Assembly: GCA_051251855.1 (NCBI GenBank)
Contig: JBPOGI010000001.1
Coordinates: 1,024,001-1,088,000 of the forward strand
Length of the DNA: 64,000 nt
Direction of reading: 5' to 3'
Source of the DNA: Roseibacillus sp.
GTDB taxonomy: Bacteria; Verrucomicrobiota; Verrucomicrobiia; Verrucomicrobiales; Akkermansiaceae
Shown piece by piece: positions 49,302 through 56,886 of the stretch. The notes beneath the pieces were generated by a model. It worked only from the letters and a program-made list of their open reading frames with translations, ran no database searches and was not told the DNA's origin. Position numbers and translations under genes: made by a program. How positions within the stretch are numbered: position 1 is the stretch's first letter; the number at the start of each line of letters is the position of its first letter.

Positions 49302-50693
49302 CTACTTGAAGAACTCGCGAAGAGCTTTCTTTTCGTCGGGATGCAGATCAGGAGCGACCTTCCAGATGAGTTCGCCGCCTTCGCCCAAATCTTCGACGGT
49401 TCCTCCGCCGCGCACGCCCACTTTACGCTCATCGACGCGGTGCTCGCCGTCTTGTAATTCGAGAAGGTCTCCGGGAAGAGTGTTTGAGAGGTCGCGCGAC
49501 TCGAGCCCCTCAAGGTCGCCCGCATCAAGTTCATCTCCCTTTTGCCCCAGCACGCCTGGTGCGGTTCCAGGCCCTCGACCGAGGCCTCCGTTGCCAGCAC
49601 CCTCTTGGCCTTCACCATCTTGTCCTTGACCCTGACCAGGGCCTTGTCCGTTGCCTTGTCATCCAGGGCCTCCTTCCTGCATGAGTTCGTCGAGCCACTC
49701 ATCGCCCTGTCCCTGACCTTCGCCGGGCTCTCCTTCGCCCCCTGCGTTTTGCATTTGCTGGGCTTGCTTACGCATGTTTTCGCGTAGCTGATCCATCTGC
49801 TCTTGAGAGAGATTTCCCAGCTTCTTGGGATCCATGCCACCGAGTTGTTTGAGCAACTCTTTATTCGGTTTCATTGCTCCGTTGTTCATCTTCTCAAGCG
49901 ACTGGTCAAACTCATCAAGAAGGCGTTCACGCGTTTCGGGGTTCATGCTTTCGCTATGATTTTGGAGAGCATTGAGGGCGCGCTCGGCTTTGCGTATGTC
50001 GCGTTCCAGTTCTTTGAGCTGCTGCTCGTGAGCCTCCTTAAGGCTATCGGTGGCTTCGAGCGAGGAATGGTCAAACCACTCTTCTTTCGGTTGCTCGCGG
50101 AGCTCTTCAACTTTCTCTTCAATTTCGTCGAGATAGTCCTCGTCAATGATGTCGTCCTTACGAAGCTCATCGATACTGGCCTGAAGTGCTTGCCGGTTGG
50201 CCGGCTCTTCGGGTGGGGCCGCGTTGGGATCGTTTTTAGCTGAAATCGGAAGAAAAAATGCAGCCGAAAGGAGCAGTAAGGTGGCGAGAGGAGGGATGAG
50301 AAGTCGAGGCCAATTCCAGCTCGTGCCATCGCTGGTCTCTTCGGCGACTTGGGGCCAAGGAGCGACCCCTTGTCTAGCTGCGGTGAGAGAGTTGTTTAAC
50401 GCCATAGCAGACTCGATGCGGACCAAGGCATTTTCCGTCGAAGTGAAATGTCGGCGAGCTACGAACCAGGCGATCAAGATCACAATGGCTAGGATACCAC
50501 AGGCCACTGCGAGGGAGGGCATCCAAGGAAAGGCGGCCCACTCTCGGCGAGCGAGCATGACGAGGCCTGCTCCCACGAGACCAGCGATGAGAAGGGGGAG
50601 AGAGAGCTTTTCCAAAAACCACGCCCAATTGAAACGCCGAGCCGTCGCCTTGGCGATTGCGAGCCAGCGTGATTGGACAGAACCTTCAGCCAT
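49302..50693 (-). CDS. Hypothetical membrane/coiled-coil protein with an in-frame UGA (codon 345) in a Gly/Gln-rich linker; 463 aa if read through (recoding candidate or nonsense mutation)
   Basis: ORFs 49659..50693 and 49302..49553 share a frame. Reading through gives ...QEGGPG-UGA-QGNGQGPGQGQGQDGEGQEGAGNGGLGRGPGTAPGVLG...LHPDEKKALREFFK-TAG with no other stop. Confidence 0.65.
49628..49661 (-). promoter_or_regulatory. Candidate SECIS-like hairpin with GGUC loop downstream of the in-frame UGA
   Basis: mRNA UGA CAAGGCAACGGACAA GGCCCU GGUC AGGGUC: 6-bp stem with one G-U pair, loop at nt 25-28; no lower stem seen. Confidence 0.5.
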
Positions 50694-50762
50694 AGTGGAA
50701 ATCTAGTCGGAAATATCGAAAAGTCGAAGGGCTTTTCTTTGGTTAATAGTCACGATTTTGTG

Positions 50763-52628
50763 CTAGAGCCCCATCGGCTGAGCCGACTCCTCCTCTTTAG
50801 ACTTAGGCGCTTCATCAGGGACTAAGGCGTAGATTATAGTTCCGTCCGGCACGCTCGCGGGTTCATCGCTGGACTCGAAGGGCATCAATCCCTTTTCAGG
50901 ATGGTTTAAGAAGAGGACACGCGCAGAAGGCCCGTGCTCTCTGATGAAGTCTTCGAGAGTGAACTGCTCGGTAAGCAAAGTGTTCTTGATGACTGCTCCG
51001 CGTAAGGCAGTGGCTTCGAGATCGCGGAACTTGGGACCATTGAGGAAGCAGAGGCGCGCGCGTTGGCGATGGTCGACGGCCTTGGAGTGGTGGCCATCGC
51101 TATCGTAGGGAGTCAGTTGCCAGCAGTTAGCCTTTCCAAAAAGGTGCCCGAATTCTTGGGCAGCCATGGTGTTAATTTCATCGTTGGGGGTAGCAGCAAT
51201 GAGTTGGCCAATACCAGTGAGTTCGAGATTCTCTTCGGCAAATTCGGAGAGGATGTTGGCGCGAATGGCTGAGAGGCCTTCCATCTTTGCGGAAGATACG
51301 TTTTCGTATTTGGTATCTAACAGAAGCACTGGATGACCGTCTTCTTGGAGCGCTTTGGCGAGCATGCGAGTCCATTTGTCCGCGCCCGCAAAAAGGACCC
51401 CTCGGGTAGATTTGGCAGCGACTCCCAAAGCTCGTGCCATGGGCACCGCGAGTAGTCCGTAGATAAGAACTGTGCCAATAATCACAACGAAAGTCACGGG
51501 CACGAGTTGCTCGGCTTGCTCGGCGATACCTTCTGCTAATTTGTTGTCGTGAGCAGCATGAGAAAACTCGAGAGCGAAGATGGAGGCTACCGCAGCGGCA
51601 ACGATACCGCGAGGAGCCATCGCTGCGAGAAAGAGGTTTTCGCGAAAGGTGGTTTGCTTGGAACCTAGAGTAGCGATGAGAACCGAAGCAGGACGAACCA
51701 CTAGAACCAAAAGCGCTAGGAACATGAGTCCAGGAACGAGGGCGGACCGAAGTTCGCTCAACTCAATACGACCAGACAAGAGGATGAAAAGGAGAGAGAT
51801 GATTAGGACGCGCAGGTGCTCCTTAAACTCGAGGACTTGCTTAACGGAGACGCTTTTTTGATTAGCCAGCAAGATTCCCAAGACCGTGACGGTGAGAAGT
51901 CCAGACTCGGCCTGAATGGCATTCGAAATGGCAAAGGAGGCGGCTACGACTGCGAGGAGAAAGACGGATTCGAGGAAGTCGGGAATGAGGTGCCGCTTAA
52001 GAAGCTGCTCAATAATCTTCCCCAAGAAGAAGGCGAGTCCAAAGCCAACCACCAAAGTTAAGAAGAGCGCTTTTAGGAGATCGCCAATGGCATCCTGCAC
52101 CCCTGAAGAGATGGCAACCTGAAAGACGAGAACAGCAAGAATAGCTCCGATGGGATCAACAACAATGCCTTCCCATTTGACGATGGAAGCGACCTTCCGA
52201 GTGGGCTTAATGAGTCGCAGGAGGGGACCGATGACGGTGGGACCCGTAACGACAAGGATAGCTCCCAATAATGCGCAGACTCGCCAGTCCCAAGCAAAGA
52301 CGAGCTTGGCGGCGATACTGGTGAGAACACCTGCGATGACAACGGTCCATGTGCAAAGCCGTCGCACAGGGCTACCTGCTTCTTTTAGCTCCGAGAATTT
52401 GAGAGTGAGCCCACCTTCGAATAGAATGATGGCCACGAAGAGCCCTGTGATGGCGAGCAAGGTGGGTTCTGGAATGAACTCGTCAATGCGCGTGCCTCCT
52501 GTTGCTGCAGAAAGCCCAAATCCAAAAGCGAGTAGCAAGAGAATCGAAGGCAAGCGAAAACGCCATGCGAGCCATTGAGCTAAAATGCCGAGAGCGAGGA
52601 CTGCGGCGAGATAAGTAAGAGGGGTCAT
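50763..52628 (-). CDS. CPA1 family cation:proton antiporter with C-terminal NAD-binding-like domain
   Basis: QWLAWR.RLPSI, AIILFEGGL.L, VTGPTVI.PLL, WEGIV.DP.GA, ESGLL.VT, APRGIVAAAV. Confidence 0.92.
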   Translation of the reverse strand: MTPLTYLAAVLALGILAQWLAWRFRLPSILLLLAFGFGLSAATGGTRIDEFIPEPTLLAITGLFVAIILFEGGLTLKFSELKEAGSPVRRLCTWTVVIAGVLTSIAAKLVFAWDWRVCALLGAILVVTGPTVIGPLLRLIKPTRKVASIVKWEGIVVDPIGAILAVLVFQVAISSGVQDAIGDLLKALFLTLVVGFGLAFFLGKIIEQLLKRHLIPDFLESVFLLAVVAASFAISNAIQAESGLLTVTVLGILLANQKSVSVKQVLEFKEHLRVLIISLLFILLSGRIELSELRSALVPGLMFLALLVLVVRPASVLIATLGSKQTTFRENLFLAAMAPRGIVAAAVASIFALEFSHAAHDNKLAEGIAEQAEQLVPVTFVVIIGTVLIYGLLAVPMARALGVAAKSTRGVLFAGADKWTRMLAKALQEDGHPVLLLDTKYENVSSAKMEGLSAIRANILSEFAEENLELTGIGQLIAATPNDEINTMAAQEFGHLFGKANCWQLTPYDSDGHHSKAVDHRQRARLCFLNGPKFRDLEATALRGAVIKNTLLTEQFTLEDFIREHGPSARVLFLNHPEKGLMPFESSDEPASVPDGTIIYALVPDEAPKSKEEESAQPMGL

Positions 52629-52715
52629 ACGGTGAAGGAACTGTAGGAAAACAAGTTCTCTACGCGAGACCTAATCGGGTATCGCAGATTGTCTGTAATA
52701 TTCCCACTAGGACAC

Positions 52716-52742
52716 AAAAAAACCGCAGGATAAACTGCGGCT
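52716..52742 (-). terminator. Intrinsic terminator downstream of tRNA-Glu
   Basis: Minus strand GCCGCAG-TTTATC-CTGCGG followed by T7. Confidence 0.75.
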
Positions 52743-52769
52743 TCTTTTGAATTACTCTTTATGAAAGAG

Positions 52770-52844
52770 TGGCAACCCGTAGGGGGATCGAACCCCTATT
52801 GCCAGGATGAAAACCTGGAGTCCTAACCATTAGACGAACGGGTC
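52770..52844 (-). tRNA. tRNA-Glu (TTC)
   Basis: GACCCGT acceptor stem, D arm TCGTCTAATGGTTAGGAC, anticodon arm CCAGG-TTTTCAT-CCTGG, T loop GGTTCGATCC, encoded CCA end. Confidence 0.96.
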
Positions 52845-52965
52845 ATTTTCGGTGGGGCGGGAAGATTGTCTGAAAAACGCTATATGGCAAGATGTTTTTG
52901 GCGGGGCAGAGCAAAAAATTGTCATGATATCGACTTCGACGGTCTTCGTTATTGTATAAAACAAG

Positions 52966-52990
52966 AGAGGGCACCCTGTGGGTGCCCTCT
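52966..52990. terminator. Strong hairpin, probable terminator of the BlaI-H1 gene
   Basis: AGAGGGCACCC-TGT-GGGTGCCCTCT perfect 11-bp stem flanked by A/T runs. Confidence 0.7.
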
Positions 52991-53066
52991 TTTGAGTAAT
53001 TAAAGAAGTTGGAACTCCCTAAAACACACGCTTTGCAGAAGTCGCTCTGCGCGTATTAGGAGAGGT

Positions 53067-53816
53067 CTAACGCTTCTTGCGACGGACGATTTTCTTCTTC
53101 GCCACTTTCTTGGTAGCCTTTTTAGCCTTCTTTTTAGAAGCCTTCTTGGCAGTCTTTTTCTTAGCAACCTTCTTCTTCGCTACTTTCTTTTTGGCGACCT
53201 TCTTCTTGGAAGCCTTTTTCGCTACTTTCTTCTTGGCCGCTTTCTTAGCTACTTTTTTCTTCGCTACCTTCTTCTTGGCCGCCTTTTTCACTGCTTTTTT
53301 AGCAGCTTTTTTGGCGACCTTCTTTTTACCAGCCTTTTTCGCTGCTTTCTTAGCTACCTTCTTGACTGCTCTTTTAGCAGCCTTCTTGGCAACTTTCTTC
53401 CGCGCGGGGGCGGCCTTTTTCTTTGCTGTTTTCTTTTTCGCCATAGCTTTATGTGCTGTGAGTTCGCGCCCGAGGGCGGCTTTCTCTTCCGGGGTGAGAG
53501 GTCCGGTCGAGAGAATGGAACGGGCAGCGTCACCGACACTTCCCGCAAAAGCGTGATTTACCAATTCGCGCATCAGGGGAGCCATCACTGATGATTGGTC
53601 TTTTGTCGCAGAGTAAGTATTAGCCCTGCCGCTTCGAGCTGACTTCACCAGCTTCTTTTTTTCAAGACTCTGTAACACCGACAGAATGGTGGTGTAGGCT
53701 CGGTCTTTGCCATCAGGAAACATCTCGATGATCTCACTAACGGTAGAAGGACCCTGACTCCAGAGAACGGAGAGGGCCTGAACTTCTAGGTCAGATGGAG
53801 CTATCGACTGATTCAT
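53067..53816 (-). CDS. BlaI/MecI/CopY family transcriptional regulator fused to a histone-H1-like Lys/Ala-rich tail
   Basis: SDLE...L.VLW..GP.TV.EI, AYTTI.SVL..L.KK.LV, F.GS motifs, then about 125 aa of KKAA/KKVA repeats. Confidence 0.85.
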   Translation of the reverse strand: MNQSIAPSDLEVQALSVLWSQGPSTVSEIIEMFPDGKDRAYTTILSVLQSLEKKKLVKSARSGRANTYSATKDQSSVMAPLMRELVNHAFAGSVGDAARSILSTGPLTPEEKAALGRELTAHKAMAKKKTAKKKAAPARKKVAKKAAKRAVKKVAKKAAKKAGKKKVAKKAAKKAVKKAAKKKVAKKKVAKKAAKKKVAKKASKKKVAKKKVAKKKVAKKKTAKKASKKKAKKATKKVAKKKIVRRKKR

Positions 53817-53960
53817 AATGGGAAGAGACTATTTAGTAAATCCTAAAAGTAAGGGGAAGTGCAAGGTTAATATGTCTAAAGTAATACTGTTTGGCGTTGC
53901 CAAGTTGTGGTGATAGGAGCCTTACGAGTTCTACGAGAGTCCAAGTAATTGAGAGAGGTT

Positions 53961-54407
53961 CTAGCGTGGAATGTTCAAAGATTGTCCGGTGATAATTACA
54001 TCGCTCGTTAATCCGTTGGCTTGTCGAATCTCGTCTACGCTCACTCCATACTTGCGGCTCAGTCCCCAAAGGGTGTCTCCGCCACCCACAGTGTGACTAC
54101 TTCCTCCGCTCGATGAGGTGGGGGCGCTCGTTACGGGGGGAGTGTAACTTGGAATAGTTGCTGGAGGATTAATGGGGCTTGTTGGGATGGATTGATAGGG
54201 GGCGCTTTGAGCTGGTGCTTGGTAAGGTGCTTGTGCCGCAGGAGCATAACCTCCTTGAGTCGTCACTCCAGGAACAGCGTAAGGATTGTTGGGATCTTGA
54301 TAGGTGCCACCCTGTGCGGCACCGCCTTGTTGAGATACCGGAGCCATACAACTGACAACGAGAAGGGGGACGCTTGCGAAAACAAAAGTTGTAGTAACAA
54401 ATTTCAT
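53961..54407 (-). CDS. LysM domain lipoprotein
   Basis: Start ATG 54407; lipobox VVSC; Pro/Gln linker; HTV..GDTLWGLSRKYGVSVDEIRQANGL.SD.I..GQ.L.IP. Confidence 0.9.
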   Translation of the reverse strand: MKFVTTTFVFASVPLLVVSCMAPVSQQGGAAQGGTYQDPNNPYAVPGVTTQGGYAPAAQAPYQAPAQSAPYQSIPTSPINPPATIPSYTPPVTSAPTSSSGGSSHTVGGGDTLWGLSRKYGVSVDEIRQANGLTSDVIITGQSLNIPR

Positions 54408-54526
54408 GTGGCGTTCTTTGTACAAAAAACAAGTCGTTAAAGAATCGTAATGTGCGTCTGCAATAAATAAGAGCGTGAAAAAAAATCGGAAGAAATCTTC
54501 ATAACTTAGCGTAAATTCTCAATATC

Positions 54527-55855
54527 ATGGAAACAACTTCTCGACGACGCTTCTTACTTGGGCTAGGTGCTGCGGTTAGTTTGCCATCCTTCGAATCTTC
54601 GCGAAACCTTATGGCTGCGAACTCTAACGTTCGTCCCTTGGCAACTACTGCAAGCGGCGCGCCTCTGCGGATGGCTTATCTTTACGTCCCCAACGGAGTG
54701 AATGTTGGGAAGTGGAAATCAGGGGAAACTCTCTCTCCCCTAAAAAATCTCCGCGAAAATTTTTCAGTCATCAATGGCCTCGAATGCGAAAAGGCGACCT
54801 CCGGAGGCGACGGCGGAGGAGACCATGCACGTGGCAACGCTGCGTTTCTAACAGGTGTGCGTCCCAAAAAAACAGCTGGAGCCGACATCGCTTTGGGTCA
54901 ATCTATCGACCAATTCGCGGCAGAACGTTTGGGTGGAACGACTCGATTTCGTTCGCTTGAGTTGGCAACCGATGGAGTCAGGAAATCAGGTGCTTGTGAT
55001 TCAGGTTATTCATGCGCCTATCAGTTCAACCTCTCTTGGCGTTCAGAAACGTTACCGATGACTCCTGAGTCTAATCCTCGTCTTCTCTTTGAACGCCTTT
55101 TTGGAAAAGGCTCGGGCAAAGAACGTGAGGAAGGACGTGCTCGCCGTTTGGCAAGTGAACGGTCGATTCTTGATTTCGTAACTGAGGATGCCAAAGCCTT
55201 GCAAAAGGAACTCGGACGGGGTGACCAAATGAAGCTCGATGAATATCTTACTAGTGTTCGTGAGATCGAGCGGCGCATTGAGCAGTCGGAAAAGTGGTCT
55301 TTGCCCAACATCGAGGGAGTGGATGTTCCAAACGGGATTCCACCCAGCTATAAGGAGCATTTGAGGTTGATGTTTGATATGATGCTTCTCGCTTTCGAGA
55401 CAGATTCAACTCGCGTCGCGACCTTTGCTCTCGCGCATGAAGGCAGTAACCGTAACTTTAATCACATTGGAGTCCCAGAAGGACATCATTCGCTATCTCA
55501 TCATGATCGCCAGAAAGAGAAGCTGGCGAAGATTGCCAAGATTGACCTCTTTTACGCCGAGCAGCTTGCTTACTTTTTAGAGAAGGCCAAGACGAAGAAG
55601 GATTTTGATGGGAAATCAATTTTAGACAATTCGATGTTCCTTTATGGCAGCGCGATTGAGGATGGAAATCGCCACGCTCATAACAACTTACCCATTGTCT
55701 TGGCCGGGGGAGGGGGAGGTGTTCTCGCACCGGGTAAAGACATCACTCTTCCAAGTGATACCCCGATTACCAATCTTTACCTGCGAATGCTGCAAGAAAT
55801 GGGGGTGTCCGCAGAGCGTTTTGGAGACTCAACGGGAACATTGAAGCTCACTTAG
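54527..55855 (+). CDS. DUF1552 domain protein (Tat-like signal)
   Basis: SRRRFL.G.GA..LP, R.A..YVPNG, SIDQ..A, SLEL, CDSGYSCAY...LSW, P.E.NPR..FERLFG, LAFETDSTRV, HH.LSHH, H...NLP..LAG. Confidence 0.9.
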   Translation: METTSRRRFLLGLGAAVSLPSFESSRNLMAANSNVRPLATTASGAPLRMAYLYVPNGVNVGKWKSGETLSPLKNLRENFSVINGLECEKATSGGDGGGDHARGNAAFLTGVRPKKTAGADIALGQSIDQFAAERLGGTTRFRSLELATDGVRKSGACDSGYSCAYQFNLSWRSETLPMTPESNPRLLFERLFGKGSGKEREEGRARRLASERSILDFVTEDAKALQKELGRGDQMKLDEYLTSVREIERRIEQSEKWSLPNIEGVDVPNGIPPSYKEHLRLMFDMMLLAFETDSTRVATFALAHEGSNRNFNHIGVPEGHHSLSHHDRQKEKLAKIAKIDLFYAEQLAYFLEKAKTKKDFDGKSILDNSMFLYGSAIEDGNRHAHNNLPIVLAGGGGGVLAPGKDITLPSDTPITNLYLRMLQEMGVSAERFGDSTGTLKLT

Positions 55856-55890
55856 CAACTCACACCAGACTTGTTCTTTTACTCAAAAGA

Positions 55891-56886
55891 GTGTCGCTAG
55901 GGGCGGTGATATCTTTCGCAACAGTTCTTGAGGCCGTTCTACCTGTCTATCTCCTGACAGGAGCAGGAGTCGTTTTGAGGCGCTTTAAAGTCCTCACCCC
56001 TGATCTGGATAAGGGGATGCTGAAGCTTGTGATACACGTGCTCTATCCTTGTCTCATTCTCGACAAGGTCTTGGGCAACGATTTACTCCGGTCTCCTTCG
56101 GTGGTTGGTTGGGGGATTGGATTAGGTTTCGGCCTCATTATGTTGGGGTATGGTGTTGCCTGGCTGGTCAGCAGAATGTTGGGGATGAAAAAAGGGTCGG
56201 GAAGTCGAAGCTTCACCCTCGCTGGCGGCTTGCAAAACTTTGGCTACGCCGCCATTCCAGTATTACTGGCTTTGTTCGCGACTGAATTCACCGGTGATAA
56301 AGTGCTCGGGGTTCTCTTTGTACACAATCTTGGGGTGGAGATTGCGATTTGGGTGGTTGGAGTGATGATTCTTACGGGCCAATTCTTGAAGTCGGCAAAG
56401 GTTCTTTTGAATGGACCATTGATTGCGATTTTCTTGGGCTTGGTGGGTGTCTATACTGGGGCTGGAAGGTTCTTTGATCACGAAGAGGGTCCATTGATCG
56501 GCTCTATCCTTCGCACGGGAATGAGTTGGATGGGTGGTTGTGCCTTCCCAATGGCTCTCCTTTTGATCGGAGCAACGATTGGCGACCTCTTTGGAAAAGA
56601 ACGGATTGATTGGAAGGTAGCGACGGGCGCGGTTCTGGTTCGCAATGTCTTGATGGCCTTTTTGATTCTTTGCGCTGCAAAATACTTACCGCTGATTACC
56701 GAGCTCAAGCAGGTGCTCGTGGTGCAGGCGAGTATGCCGGCGGCAGTGACTCCAATCATTCTCGCTCGCGTCTATGGAGGAAAGCCGCAAGTGGTCATGC
56801 AAGTGGTCATGGCGACGAGTATTGTATCCTTGTTCACGATGCCCTTCGTTGTGGCGTGGGGTGTCTCGTGGGTCGGATTACTCTAA
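55891..56886 (+). CDS. AEC (auxin efflux carrier) family transporter
   Basis: VLPVYL, YPCLIL, NFGYAAIP, NGPLIAI, AFPMALLLIG, ASMPAAV; about 10 TM segments. Confidence 0.88.
   Translation: MSLGAVISFATVLEAVLPVYLLTGAGVVLRRFKVLTPDLDKGMLKLVIHVLYPCLILDKVLGNDLLRSPSVVGWGIGLGFGLIMLGYGVAWLVSRMLGMKKGSGSRSFTLAGGLQNFGYAAIPVLLALFATEFTGDKVLGVLFVHNLGVEIAIWVVGVMILTGQFLKSAKVLLNGPLIAIFLGLVGVYTGAGRFFDHEEGPLIGSILRTGMSWMGGCAFPMALLLIGATIGDLFGKERIDWKVATGAVLVRNVLMAFLILCAAKYLPLITELKQVLVVQASMPAAVTPIILARVYGGKPQVVMQVVMATSIVSLFTMPFVVAWGVSWVGLL

Noticed and set aside
49302..49553. 83-aa ORF as an independent gene
   Set aside because: Its GTG start falls inside a continuous in-frame Gly-rich stretch with no clear initiation signal; it is better explained as the C-terminus of 49659..50693.
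52629..53066. tRNA-Glu as an integration site for an island
   Set aside because: No integrase and no duplicated tRNA 3' end seen in the window; flanking genes are housekeeping.
53090..53440. Periodic DNA repeats as a CRISPR array or satellite
   Set aside because: They are degenerate codon repeats of KKAA/KKVA with no constant repeat-spacer structure, and no cas genes are present.
53077..53556. Phe/Leu/Ala-rich 159-aa ORF that looks like a membrane protein
   Set aside because: It is the antisense mirror of the Lys/Ala repeat tail.
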